Shown: positions 27,794 to 38,381, counted from the whole stretch's first letter. The stretch: DNA of 63,623 bases, filler included, from a bacterium (GCA_040757115.1; 5 parts of 5 records of this genome joined end to end with filler, not necessarily neighbours in it), one strand, 5' to 3'. A program made the numbers and translations. The notes: generated by a model not told the origin, from the letters alone.

Positions 27794-28363
27794 TTAAAAT
27801 ATCTCTTTAAGATTAAAATTTAGCCCTTTGATTAAATTTGATTTAACCACATCCCCTATTTTATAAATGCCCGTATCTTCATACAACTTGCCTGTATGAG
27901 AAAATATCTGGAGTGTTTTTTTATCTGCATCTAATAGCCAGTATTCCTTTACTCCATAAGTTTCATAGAGTCTCTTTTTTAATAGTTTATCCAAATTTTG
28001 GGTATAAGGAGAGGTGATTTCAATAATTAAATTGGGTGCACCTTCAATATACTTGTCCTTGATTATATTCAGATTCTCTTTAGAGATAAAGAATATATCT
28101 GGTTGGACAACATCTTCATCTGAAAACAGAACATCACAAGGTGCATAAAATACCTCCCCTAATTTATTAATTTTAACAAATTGTTGTAGAATTTCAAATA
28201 ATTTGGCTGATATCCTTTGATGATAAGGAACTGGTGCTGGACTCATATAAACCTCCCCCTGTATTATTTGATACCTTTTCCCGTCATCCGGGAACTGAAC
28301 ATAATCCTCGTATGTCCATTTTTCTTCTTTTGTAGCTAAAATTGGCATTGCTTTCCTCCTCAA
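27794..28363 (-). CDS. Uma2-family endonuclease
   Basis: WTYEDY..PDDGKRYQII.GE..MSPAP..HQ, VQPDI, P.LIIEI.SP, YGVKEYW. Confidence 0.9.
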   Translation of the reverse strand: MRRKAMPILATKEEKWTYEDYVQFPDDGKRYQIIQGEVYMSPAPVPYHQRISAKLFEILQQFVKINKLGEVFYAPCDVLFSDEDVVQPDIFFISKENLNIIKDKYIEGAPNLIIEITSPYTQNLDKLLKKRLYETYGVKEYWLLDADKKTLQIFSHTGKLYEDTGIYKIGDVVKSNLIKGLNFNLKEIF

Positions 28364-28422
28364 AATAGACTATAGACCATAGACTAACTTACCTCCTGTC
28401 TACTACCTACTACCTACTATTT

Positions 28423-30903
28423 TTATCCTCTTTCTTTAAATTTATTAATCTTCTGGATATATTCTGTGGCTAATTCTTCGCTTTTTTCTTTCGAGCCTGC
28501 CTCAGCATAGACATGAAATAGTGCCTCATCCTGGTCTGGTAATAGCAAGACCCAATCCTTTCGGCGATATATTTTAATGCCATCAATCAATTCGATATGT
28601 TTATCTTTAACCTCTTCCATTATCCATCGCATTAAACTCCCTTTTAATTCCCAGGGACAGGAGATTCTTTCATGATGGACATAGAATGGTGGGATAGAAT
28701 CGACTACATCACTTAATTTCATTCCTTTAGATGATAGAAACTCAAGTAATTTCAAACTGGAAACCATACCATCAAAACACTGTTGAAATTGAGGGAAAAT
28801 GAATCCCCCATGTCCATTACTAATCATAATTAAATCTTTATCAAAGATTTTTTCTTTATAAGTAGTTTTGATATATTTAATTCGGTCTTCATTCATCTGG
28901 GCAATAATCCTGGTGGCTGTGACTGGAATACCAATTTTTCCTTCTTTAACCGTCTCGCAAGCCAATTTTGATAATAAGGCGACATTTAAGTTAGCAGGAA
29001 TAATTCTACCTCGGTCATCCACCAGGAAAATTCTTTCAGCCTCCTGGTCAAATAAAATTCCAAGGTCTGCATCAAGTGTCAGGACAATATTTGATAATTG
29101 TTTTAATGCCAAAGATATACTGGCGGGTGTGTTAATTACTCTTTCTGGATCCGTATAGGCATTGAGGGCAATGACATCACAGCCTAATCCTTCTAAAACC
29201 GTTGGAAATACTGTTGAGATACTACCAAAGCCGTAATCGATGATAATCTTAAATTTAGATTGAGCGATTAAACTAGCATTAATCACATTTGATAATCCTT
29301 CTCGATAGCACTCGATTATCCGATAGGGGAAGGATATTACTCCTATTTCTTCTACCTTTGCCCTTCGGAAATCTTCGCGGTAAAAAAGTTGTTCAATGGC
29401 TTTTTCTTTAGTCGCGGAAATATCTAATCCAGAGGTTTCAAAGAAGCGAATTTCTATCATTTTAGGGTCGTAAGAGGCACGAGCAATATGTAATCCGCCG
29501 TGTGCATTCAAGATATTACTCTGGAATCGGGCAACAGGCATAGGGATAACACCCATATCCCAGACATTTATTCCTACGGATAAAATCCCGGACATCAAGG
29601 AGCGATTTATCATTCTGGAGGTTTTATGTGCATCACGGCTGACAATAACATCTGCATTTTTAGCCAGAGATGCGGCATAAGCAGCACCGAGGCGACAGGC
29701 AAATTCAGGTGTGATTTCCATATTGGCTAATCCCACTACTCCACGACTACCAAATAAACTCCGTGTCCATTTCTCACCCCAGATAAGGCTTGTCGATAAT
29801 GTCACCCCATCTTCTACGATTTTATAAGGCCACATCTTGACATTTGTTCTTATAATACAATCACTTCCAACAACACAACCATCTCCAATTATTGCCTCTA
29901 TTTCTAAGAATGAGCACTTTTTGATATAAGATTCCTTTCCAATAACATTTTCTCGTAATTCACAACTATTCCCGATATGAACACCATCCCAGAGAATAGA
30001 ATTGGTAATTATTGAATTTTCTTCAATAATACAATTGTCTCCAATACAAGAATTAGTAATCTTCACCCCTTCTCCTATACTACAATGCTTACCAATAATA
30101 ACATTGCCTTCAAGATTTACTCCATCGGCGATTATGGAATGCTTATCTTTCCAGATATTTTCTTTTTTCTCACCACAAATCTCAATATTTACCTTTTGGG
30201 TTAAAACATCATAATGTGCCAATCGATACTCGGTTAAATTACCAATATCCCTCCAATATCCTGTAGCAACATATCCATAAAGTGGAGAATTTTCGGCAAG
30301 TAATTTAGGAAATAAGTCCTTACTAAAATCAAACATCTCCCCTTCAGGAATATCTTCAAGAACCTCTGGCTCCAATACATATACTCCCGTATTAACTGTA
30401 TCTGAGAAAACCTCTCCCCAGGAAGGTTTTTCGAGGAAACGCTTTATTCGACCTGTGTTTGAATCAATAAGGGTGATACCATATTGTAAAGGATTGGTTA
30501 CCGCGGTTAAGGTAATTGTGGCGATAGCCTTTTTTTCTTTATGAAATTTAATAATAGATTTTAAATCAAAATCGGTCAAAACATCCCCACTAATAATCAA
30601 AAATGGTTCTTTATTCAGATGTTTAGCCGCATTTTTTACACTGCCTGCTGTTCCAAGATCTTGAGTCGCCGAGACATAAGTAACATTTACCCCAAATTTC
30701 TCTCCATTCCCAAAATAATCCATAATTATCTCAGGTTGATAATAAAGGATAACGACAATATCCTTTATCCCATACTTTTTCAAAAGAGAAATGATATGTT
30801 CCATCATAGGTTTATTAGCCAAAGGAACCATAGGTTTGGGGATATTGCAGGTAAGTGGTCGCAACCGCGTCCCAAAACCACCAGCCATAACTACACCTTT
30901 CAT
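28423..30903 (-). CDS. Mannose-1-phosphate guanylyltransferase fused to a phosphomannomutase-like domain
   Basis: MAGGFGTRLRPLT..PKPM, hexapeptide repeats, PGM/PMM-like C-terminal half (LFGSRGVVG). Confidence 0.9.
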   Translation of the reverse strand: MKGVVMAGGFGTRLRPLTCNIPKPMVPLANKPMMEHIISLLKKYGIKDIVVILYYQPEIIMDYFGNGEKFGVNVTYVSATQDLGTAGSVKNAAKHLNKEPFLIISGDVLTDFDLKSIIKFHKEKKAIATITLTAVTNPLQYGITLIDSNTGRIKRFLEKPSWGEVFSDTVNTGVYVLEPEVLEDIPEGEMFDFSKDLFPKLLAENSPLYGYVATGYWRDIGNLTEYRLAHYDVLTQKVNIEICGEKKENIWKDKHSIIADGVNLEGNVIIGKHCSIGEGVKITNSCIGDNCIIEENSIITNSILWDGVHIGNSCELRENVIGKESYIKKCSFLEIEAIIGDGCVVGSDCIIRTNVKMWPYKIVEDGVTLSTSLIWGEKWTRSLFGSRGVVGLANMEITPEFACRLGAAYAASLAKNADVIVSRDAHKTSRMINRSLMSGILSVGINVWDMGVIPMPVARFQSNILNAHGGLHIARASYDPKMIEIRFFETSGLDISATKEKAIEQLFYREDFRRAKVEEIGVISFPYRIIECYREGLSNVINASLIAQSKFKIIIDYGFGSISTVFPTVLEGLGCDVIALNAYTDPERVINTPASISLALKQLSNIVLTLDADLGILFDQEAERIFLVDDRGRIIPANLNVALLSKLACETVKEGKIGIPVTATRIIAQMNEDRIKYIKTTYKEKIFDKDLIMISNGHGGFIFPQFQQCFDGMVSSLKLLEFLSSKGMKLSDVVDSIPPFYVHHERISCPWELKGSLMRWIMEEVKDKHIELIDGIKIYRRKDWVLLLPDQDEALFHVYAEAGSKEKSEELATEYIQKINKFKERG

Positions 30904-31084
30904 TGTCTTATCCTCCTCTCTGTTATTTTTGATTTTTGATTGTAGATTTTATAATTAACTAATTGCTAAAAGCGATAGGGCAATTTCATTTACTCACCTT
31001 TTGCATGATTATGAGATACTTGAATCCCCTTAAGTAAAAATTATATATCCTTGCTCTTTCATGCCAGATTGGTGTATTTGATGA

Positions 31085-31309
31085 CTATCTTGTCTCAAAA
31101 TTATCAATACCCCAAGCATGACATTTTGGACATCCGATAGGTTCACCCACATAAGCCTCTCCATACCCCATATTTTTTACCCAGTTTGGTGTTTCACTTA
31201 TATATTCAGGTTCTTCCGCATTTGTAGCCATACAGTAGTTATAACTGTTAATCTGAAACACTAAAGAATTTCCCTTATAATTACAGTTTTTGCATTGGTA
31301 TTTTGTCAT
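31085..31309 (-). CDS. Small Zn-ribbon protein
   Basis: CKNC...CPKC; ATGA overlap with the HNH gene. Confidence 0.55.
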   Translation of the reverse strand: MTKYQCKNCNYKGNSLVFQINSYNYCMATNAEEPEYISETPNWVKNMGYGEAYVGEPIGCPKCHAWGIDNFETR

Positions 31310-31917
31310 TTCTCTTCCTCTTTTTGGTTACCGTTAGGTCCTGGTATATGGCTATTGATACCATATTTATTGTAGCATTCAAACAAGCATTTACAAAAAT
31401 TGATTATTTTCTTATCACCGACTTTAACTGCTTGTTTGTACAAATTAATAAAATATCTTTTACCTCCTTCAGTTTGAGAGAAATTTTTCTTACGGAGGTT
31501 GCATTCCATACATAATGTTTGTCCATTATCAATAGTATTATCTCCACCTTTATCTTTTGGTTTTATATGGTCTGCACATAACTCAACACCTTCATATCTA
31601 CCACGACCACATAGAACACATTTATAATTATCTTTTTTAAATATTTCTTCCTTCACTTCGGGCGGGAAATCGAAGAGTTCAATTTCCTTTATATAATCAG
31701 GTTCGTATCTGTAAACTCCCTTTTTGACTTTTATTAGTTTGCCTTCTTGATGAAATTTACGGATTTGACGCCAGGTATCACGGGGCTTTTTGCCATACAA
31801 TTTTAGATATTGCTTTTCAACCCAGTCAACAACTGGTCCATGCTCTAAATCTTTTTTCGAATGTTTGCGGAAATATTCCATTACTAAATCCGCGATGGTT
31901 TTTATTCTATCACCCAT
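31306..31917 (-). CDS. HNH restriction endonuclease (type II R-M)
   Basis: KDNYKCVLCG...DHIKPKDKGG.....NGQTLCMECN; adjacent to the MTase. Confidence 0.8.
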   Translation of the reverse strand: MGDRIKTIADLVMEYFRKHSKKDLEHGPVVDWVEKQYLKLYGKKPRDTWRQIRKFHQEGKLIKVKKGVYRYEPDYIKEIELFDFPPEVKEEIFKKDNYKCVLCGRGRYEGVELCADHIKPKDKGGDNTIDNGQTLCMECNLRKKNFSQTEGGKRYFINLYKQAVKVGDKKIINFCKCLFECYNKYGINSHIPGPNGNQKEEEK

Positions 31918-31922
31918 TAATT

Positions 31923-32741
31923 TTATTCCTCCAATTCTAATGTAATCTGGTTTATTTTTGCTTCTTTTATAAGCCTCTGTTTGGCAATTTCACAATAATT
32001 TCTATCAATTTCAATACCAATTCCATTTCTATCTGTTAGAACGCAAGCAATCAAGGTAGAACCGCTACCCAAAAATGGGTCAAGCACGATGTCATCTACA
32101 AAAGTAAAGAGTTTTATGCACCTTACTGGAAGATTTACAGGAAATGGTGCAGGATGCCCAATTCTTGTCTTGCTTTCACCCATAAAAGTCCAGACACCAT
32201 TTGTCCATTCCATGAATTCTTTCTTAGTGATATCTGATTTTTGCGTTCCACTTATTTTTTTCCACTTTTCCTTATACAACACAGCAATCATTTCAACAGG
32301 TGCAATAACATAAGGTGCGGTTGCAGAAAGCCACGAACCCCAGGCTGTTCTTCTTGATATATTTTGCTCATTCCATACAATTGTCGAGTGATATTTAAAG
32401 CCCACTTTTTTGGCTATTGAAATAATATCAGCATAAACACTTTGTTGACCACCTTTATTTTTGTCAAGGGGAATGTTTAAGCAGAACCGCCCATCTTCTC
32501 TTAAAAGTTTATATGCCTTCTCAAGCCATTTATAAGTAAATTCAAGATAAACCTCATAAGGAATTTTATCATCATAAGCGTTGTATCTAATATCTACATT
32601 ATAAGGTGGGGAAGTCACAATTAAATCTATCGAGCCTCCTGTGATTTCATCAGAAATTAAGAAATCATCATTATATATTTGTATATTTTCTGCTTGAAAA
32701 TAAAGTTTTTCATTCATTTTAATATCATCATTTTTTTTCAA
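31923..32741 (-). CDS. N4-cytosine DNA methyltransferase (beta class)
   Basis: DLIVTSPPY motif IV precedes HPAPFP and LDPFLGSGST motif I. Confidence 0.9.
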   Translation of the reverse strand: MKKNDDIKMNEKLYFQAENIQIYNDDFLISDEITGGSIDLIVTSPPYNVDIRYNAYDDKIPYEVYLEFTYKWLEKAYKLLREDGRFCLNIPLDKNKGGQQSVYADIISIAKKVGFKYHSTIVWNEQNISRRTAWGSWLSATAPYVIAPVEMIAVLYKEKWKKISGTQKSDITKKEFMEWTNGVWTFMGESKTRIGHPAPFPVNLPVRCIKLFTFVDDIVLDPFLGSGSTLIACVLTDRNGIGIEIDRNYCEIAKQRLIKEAKINQITLELEE

Positions 32742-32761
32742 CTAACCCACATTCCAATACA

Positions 32762-33694
32762 TTAGCTACTATCTGCTGTTTCTTTTAGAAACTCGCTTAC
32801 CCTTCCAAATTCTGCTAAGGTTAATGTTTCTCCTCTCCTTTTGCTATCAATCCCTAATTCAGCCAGGGCTTTGGCTAATTTATCCTTACTCATACCAATA
32901 TCTGAAATGGCATTAATTAGCATTTTTCTTCTCTTTGAAAAGGCGGCTCTAACTACTTTAAAGAAAAATTGCTCATCCTTTACTGATATTGATGGTCTGT
33001 CTAAGATATTTAACCTTAAGACAACTGAATCTACCTGTGGCTGAGGGTAAAAACATTGCCTGCTTACCTCACATATTCGTTCTACATAACAATGATATTG
33101 CACCAGAACAGATAAGGCACCGTAGATTTTTGTCCCTGGTTTAGCCAGGATTCTATCCCCAACCTCTTTCTGCACCATTAAAATTAATGTTGAGAAGTTC
33201 TCTTTTGCCTCAAGGAGATGTCCAATCACAGGCGTTACAATATAATAAGGCAAATTGGCTACTACCTTTATCTTCTTTTCTGCTGAAAATCGGGGCTCGG
33301 GACTCGGGACTCGGGACTCGGGAGGAGTCTGTCTTTTGTCCTCTGTCCTCTGTCTTTGGTCTTCTCTATCTAACACTTCAGACAAATTTACCTTTAAAAT
33401 ATCCTCCTTTATTACCAAAACATTTGTATATCCCGCTAATTCTTGATTGAGAATATTTATCAACACCGGGGCAATTTCAACCGCAATAACCTTTGAGACT
33501 AACGGGACTAATTGACTGGTTAAAATACCAATTCCGGCGCCAATCTCTAAGACGGTATCCTCTTTCGATAATTGCGCCGCTGAAATTATTTGCTTAAGTA
33601 TCCCTTCGTTCACAAGGAAGTGTTGTCCTAATTTTTTTTGGGGTCTGATATTGTTTTGTAATAGTATTTTCTTCGTATCATCAAGTAAAGACAT
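32762..33694 (-). CDS. rsmA: 16S rRNA dimethyltransferase with an in-frame repeat-derived insert
   Basis: KKLGQHFL, LEIGAGIG.LT, VVANLPYY, MVQKEV, F.P.P.VDS; start likely MSLL. Confidence 0.93.
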   Translation of the reverse strand: MSLLDDTKKILLQNNIRPQKKLGQHFLVNEGILKQIISAAQLSKEDTVLEIGAGIGILTSQLVPLVSKVIAVEIAPVLINILNQELAGYTNVLVIKEDILKVNLSEVLDREDQRQRTEDKRQTPPESRVPSPEPRFSAEKKIKVVANLPYYIVTPVIGHLLEAKENFSTLILMVQKEVGDRILAKPGTKIYGALSVLVQYHCYVERICEVSRQCFYPQPQVDSVVLRLNILDRPSISVKDEQFFFKVVRAAFSKRRKMLINAISDIGMSKDKLAKALAELGIDSKRRGETLTLAEFGRVSEFLKETADSS

Positions 33695-33713
33695 TATTTG
33701 CACCAATACATCG

Positions 33714-34274
33714 TTAAAATACTTCACCAACTTTAAAATGAAAATCCTCTAATAGGACTGAAGAAAGAGTATCTTCGGACTTAAAGATACCATAAGTTTT
33801 ATATCTTCCTTCTTCTAAGGTCAAAACCTCTATCTCTTTTCTATTTGCGTCAACTAACCAGTATTCTTTGACACCACATCTTTCATAAAGCCTTTTTTTC
33901 GTAATTCTGTCCCTCTGGGCAGAGTTTGGCGAGATAATCTCTATCAGTAAATCCGGTGAACCTTGTATATTATCTTTTGTAATGATATTGAAATTTTCTT
34001 TTAAGACAAAGATAATATCTGGTTGAACAACATCTTCGTTACTTAAAACAACATCACAAGGGGCATCAAATACCTCTCCTAACCCTGATTTTTCTAATAC
34101 TTGCATAATTTTAAATTCCATTCTTTTTGAGATTCGTTGATGCCATACATTTGGTGCTGGTGCCATAAAGAATTCACCTCCAATCAATTCATACCGATTG
34201 TCAGAGTCTATATCCCAGGTAAGATAATCTTCGTAGGTAAATTTTTCTTGTTTTGGCATAGTTGCTGTAGTCAT
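33714..34274 (-). CDS. Uma2-family endonuclease inserted between pdxA and rsmA
   Basis: FTYEDY..RYELI.GE..MAPAP..HQ, VQPDI, PDLLIEIISP, GVKEYW. Confidence 0.9.
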   Translation of the reverse strand: MTTATMPKQEKFTYEDYLTWDIDSDNRYELIGGEFFMAPAPNVWHQRISKRMEFKIMQVLEKSGLGEVFDAPCDVVLSNEDVVQPDIIFVLKENFNIITKDNIQGSPDLLIEIISPNSAQRDRITKKRLYERCGVKEYWLVDANRKEIEVLTLEEGRYKTYGIFKSEDTLSSVLLEDFHFKVGEVF

Positions 34275-35356
34275 TGCTTTCCTCCTTTTATCTTTGCCAT
34301 TTTTGCCGCCAATTTAATTGCCTCTAATATACTTGTTGGATTGGCTATATTTTTCCCGGCAATATCAAATGCAGTGCCGTGGTCAGGTGAGGTCCGAATT
34401 ATAGGCAAACCAATCGTTACATTTACGGCATCATCAAAGGCTAATAATTTTAAAGGAATAAGTCCCTGGTCGTGATACATTGCGATGACGACATCAAATT
34501 CACCTTTGACGGCACGATAAAAAACAGTATCTGGCGGATAGGGTCCTCTGGCGTTAATCCCTTTGCGTTGAGCGACCTCAATCGCCGGGATAATCTCTTT
34601 TTCCTCCTCTTTGCCAAATAACCCTCCTTCGCTGGCGTGTGGATTTAATCCAGCTACGGCAATTCCTGGCTTTTTTAGTCCAAAATAATCCTTAAATGCA
34701 GATTGAGTTAATTTAATCGTGGTCAAAACCTTTTTCCTTGAAAGTTGCCGGATTGCCTTGTATAAAGGGATATGAATACTTACCAGAACAACCTTCAAAG
34801 AATGACTTACAAACATCATCGCATATTGGCGTCTATGGGTTAAGTCCGCCAAAAAATCTGTATGTCCGGCGAAATGAAATTCTGCTTTCTTCATTGCCTC
34901 TTTATTTATCGGTGCGGTTGTAATCGCCTGAATTTCATTATCCAGAGCTAGATTAACTGCTTTTTTTATGAATTCTATAGCCGCCTTACCAGTTGTTCTG
35001 CTTATCTTCCCAATCTCTAATTCATCTAATTTAATATTATCTAAATCAAGACAATCAATCGTTCCAAACTGAAATTTAGCCTCTGATACATCTTGAATAG
35101 AATTAATCTTTAATCTGTCCTCAAAATTGGGGCTCGGGGCTCGGGGCTCGGGACTCGAAACTCGGGGTTCGGGAAAAGTCTGTCCTCTATTCTCTATCCT
35201 CTGTCTTCTGATTTCTGCTAACAATACCTTCGCATCACCAATCACTATTGGGCAACATTCCTCATAAATAGAAGGCATATTTAATGCCTTAATAATTACT
35301 TCAGGTCCAATTCCTGCGGCATCACCCATCGTGATACCAATAATCGGTTTTCCCAT
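34271..35356 (-). CDS. pdxA: 4-hydroxythreonine-4-phosphate dehydrogenase with an in-frame repeat-derived insert
   Basis: ITMGDAAGIGPE, TAPINK, GHT, GLNPHA, MYHDQGLIP, RTSPDHGTAFDIAG. Confidence 0.95.
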   Translation of the reverse strand: MGKPIIGITMGDAAGIGPEVIIKALNMPSIYEECCPIVIGDAKVLLAEIRRQRIENRGQTFPEPRVSSPEPRAPSPNFEDRLKINSIQDVSEAKFQFGTIDCLDLDNIKLDELEIGKISRTTGKAAIEFIKKAVNLALDNEIQAITTAPINKEAMKKAEFHFAGHTDFLADLTHRRQYAMMFVSHSLKVVLVSIHIPLYKAIRQLSRKKVLTTIKLTQSAFKDYFGLKKPGIAVAGLNPHASEGGLFGKEEEKEIIPAIEVAQRKGINARGPYPPDTVFYRAVKGEFDVVIAMYHDQGLIPLKLLAFDDAVNVTIGLPIIRTSPDHGTAFDIAGKNIANPTSILEAIKLAAKMAKIKGGKQ

Positions 35357-35386
35357 ATCACCTACCTATTGTAAGGTAATCGGTAA

Positions 35387-35635
35387 TATAGCAGTTATTA
35401 GTCAAAATTTTACTCAGAGTGGATAAGTAAAAAATCCCAAATCCCAAGCACCAAATCTCAAATAAGCACCAAATTCCACATACCAAAAAGCGAATTAGAG
35501 ATTAGTGAATTAGAGATTAGATTTTACTAATTCGCTAATTCGCTTAATTCACTAATTCACTAAATGGAATTTGGAATTTGTGATTTGGAATTTCAGAACC
35601 CTATTTATGTCAAATTTCGATTAATAAGTGCTATA
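35387..35635. mobile_element. MITE family G, second copy
   Basis: Near-identical to 5173-5402 and itself inserted in a GGTAATC heptamer hairpin. Confidence 0.75.
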
Positions 35636-35664
35636 ATGGTCACCGATTACCTGATTATCTTCCT

Positions 35665-38103
35665 CTACGGCGTATATAATATTACCTTATTTCTCCCGCG
35701 TTGTTTTGCCTCATAAAGGGCTTTATCTGCCTTGGCTAATAAGTCTTTTTCTGTTTCTATGCCGGGATTTGGATATGTAGAAACCCCCAGACTGGCAGAT
35801 AATTGATGTGGGGTGCCTTTGACAAATTCAATACTATTATTCGCAATATTAGCCCGAATAGATTCAGCAATTGAAAAGGCCGTATTTTGGTCTGTCTCTG
35901 AAAAAACAACCGCAAACTCATCTCCACCAAATCGAGATAAAACACCTTTGTCTTTAATAGTGTCTTTAATTATATCCGAGATAGTTTTAATCAGTCGATT
36001 TCCCGCCTGGTGACCATAGGTATCATTGACATGTTTTAAGCGGTCGAAATCAAGCATCGTCAGGGATACTGGTTTATTATATTGTTTAGCAAAGGCAAAT
36101 TCTTTTTGCAAATACTCTTCAAAATATCTATAATTATAAACCTTGGTTAATTCATCTCGTTCGGCTAACTCTCGTATCTTAGCAAATAACCTTACTTTTT
36201 CAAGTGTTTCTGAGATTTGATTGGCAATAATCGTTAATAATCTTCTTTGTAATGGACTAAATGCATCTTCATTAAAACTGTTGAGTGCTATAAGTCCAAT
36301 TATTTCATCTCGATGAGTTAAAGTGGCCATAAGTGTAGATTGAAACCGCTCTATTCCTACCCAGAATAACTCGGATGAGGTTCCTTCAGCTGTATGGTAG
36401 ATTATTTTAAATTCTTTTTGGGGATATATCTCCGTCCATTTTTTCTCCACTCTGTTTTTGACATCCTGGATACACTCCGCATTTATAAAGCAAACTTGTT
36501 TTATCTCACTGATGATACGGTTATCATCTACAAGCAAATATGTTCCGGCATGATAATTAAAAAACGGTTGAATCTTATCCAATACCCAGCCAAGTATCTC
36601 CTGGGGCATCTTCATTAAAGGAATCTCACGAGAAATACTGTATAATATCCCTAATTCTTCTGTTTGTGCTTCTAATTCTTCCTTTTCTTTGATTAATTCC
36701 TCCTTTTCTTTTTCTAATCGCTCTTTTTCTTTAATGAGAGTGTCTGTTTTCTTTGCCTTTTCTTCTAAGTTGGTCTTTTCTTTCGCCAGGAATATTTTTT
36801 CCTTTTCTAATACTTCTATTTCTTTTAATAATTTTTCTCTATCTTCTTCTTCTTCTGATACCTTTAGTTTTTCTTTCAGAAGCTCTTGTTTCACTCTAAT
36901 TAATTCTTCTTTAACCCGTATCATTTCTTCTTTTTCTTTTAATTGGGTTTCTATATCAACCTTTTCTTTTATAAGTTCTTGTTTTGCCTCTTCTATTTCC
37001 TCCTTTTCTTTTATTTCCACTTCAATTTCTTCGGTAACCTTTTCCTTTTCCTCACTATAGTATTTCTTAGCATTTTTAACGGCAATCGCCGCATGACCAC
37101 AGATTATCGAGAGTAGTTTCAAGTCTGTTTCATTAAAAGGTCTTCTTGTTTTCATATTATTAACATTGATGATACCAATTATTTCAGTGCCAATTTTTAA
37201 AGGGGCTGAAATTAGAGATTTAGTGTAGTATTTCGGGGAGCTTTTCTGGACATGAAATCGTGTATCTGCTGTTATATCACCGACCAGCAAAGGCTCACCT
37301 GTTTTAGCCACATAACCTACCACACCTTTACCAACCTGTAATTTAGTTTTGGAAATATGTTCCTCATCCAGACCAATAGCGGCTTTGATAGTTATATCCT
37401 CTTTATTATCTTCAACTATCATTAATGAGGCAATTTCAGCGTTCATTGCCCTTGCTGTCAAATTCACTATCAATGGGTAAAGTTTCTTTGGTTCTAAAGT
37501 CAACATTAGACTTCGAGATTCTTCAAAGAGTTTATAAAATTCCGAGATGGCTTCAACTTCACCTTCTTTGCTGGATAGTTGTTGAAGTTTTATCTTTGAA
37601 TCTATGGCTAACTGGGTCAACATAGCAACTAATTCTACATCCAATTCTAATCCTTCAACCGTTGTGGATGGTATTTTACTCAGGCTATCGGCAAAGGATT
37701 TTGCGTCTAAATTAAACTTTTTAATTACCTGGGCATAGTGTTCATGTTTTAAACTTGCATTTACGACCTGACAGCCACCAATTACGCCAATTAATGTTGA
37801 GTTACTGATTATTGGGCAGGTAGCCCCTAAAAATCCTGCATGACAGGGAAATACCGTAGAAACCTTATTATCCTGAGCATATTGAATAGAAGCAAGCCAT
37901 GTTTCCTCACATTCCTTCTTGCCTTGTGGGGTAGTATAAATCATCCGACAATGTGGTTTCCAGTGTTCTTCACGAAATACAGATTTCCCTTCATTATTAA
38001 CTATCCAGGAATAAGATAACCCTATTTTATTGAGTAAAACCTCTTTGGCTACAGTCCATTCTCGACTTTCTACAAAAGTTTTTAAAATCTCATTATAATC
38101 CAT
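35665..38103 (-). CDS. Diguanylate cyclase: PocR - GAF - coiled coil - GAF - GGDEF
   Basis: PocR-type C..I.....G...C and CHAG motifs, two GAF-like regions, RDELT.VYN, RFGGDEF, ADKALY.AK..GRN. Confidence 0.88.
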   Translation of the reverse strand: MDYNEILKTFVESREWTVAKEVLLNKIGLSYSWIVNNEGKSVFREEHWKPHCRMIYTTPQGKKECEETWLASIQYAQDNKVSTVFPCHAGFLGATCPIISNSTLIGVIGGCQVVNASLKHEHYAQVIKKFNLDAKSFADSLSKIPSTTVEGLELDVELVAMLTQLAIDSKIKLQQLSSKEGEVEAISEFYKLFEESRSLMLTLEPKKLYPLIVNLTARAMNAEIASLMIVEDNKEDITIKAAIGLDEEHISKTKLQVGKGVVGYVAKTGEPLLVGDITADTRFHVQKSSPKYYTKSLISAPLKIGTEIIGIINVNNMKTRRPFNETDLKLLSIICGHAAIAVKNAKKYYSEEKEKVTEEIEVEIKEKEEIEEAKQELIKEKVDIETQLKEKEEMIRVKEELIRVKQELLKEKLKVSEEEEDREKLLKEIEVLEKEKIFLAKEKTNLEEKAKKTDTLIKEKERLEKEKEELIKEKEELEAQTEELGILYSISREIPLMKMPQEILGWVLDKIQPFFNYHAGTYLLVDDNRIISEIKQVCFINAECIQDVKNRVEKKWTEIYPQKEFKIIYHTAEGTSSELFWVGIERFQSTLMATLTHRDEIIGLIALNSFNEDAFSPLQRRLLTIIANQISETLEKVRLFAKIRELAERDELTKVYNYRYFEEYLQKEFAFAKQYNKPVSLTMLDFDRLKHVNDTYGHQAGNRLIKTISDIIKDTIKDKGVLSRFGGDEFAVVFSETDQNTAFSIAESIRANIANNSIEFVKGTPHQLSASLGVSTYPNPGIETEKDLLAKADKALYEAKQRGRNKVILYTP

Positions 38104-38280
38104 TCTCTCCTCCCTCCTTTACTAATTTTGGAGTTAATTCGGCAATCCAAAATCGTAACTATTCACCGCAGAGACGCGGAGACACAGAGAAAAAATTAAA
38201 ATCTATTGGCTATACGCTTAATTCCATCTCTTAGAACAGAAACATTAAAATTGATCAATAAACCTATCCTTTTATTCATC

Positions 38281-38380
38281 NNNNNNNNNNNNNNNNNNNN
38301 NNNNNNNNNNNNNNNNNNNNNNNNTTAATTAATTAANNNNNNNNNNNNNNNNNNNNNNNNNNNNNNNNNNNNNNNNNNNN
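38281..38380. other. Artificial contig linker
   Basis: N-run with TTAATTAATTAA. Confidence 0.97.
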
Positions 38381-38381
38381 T

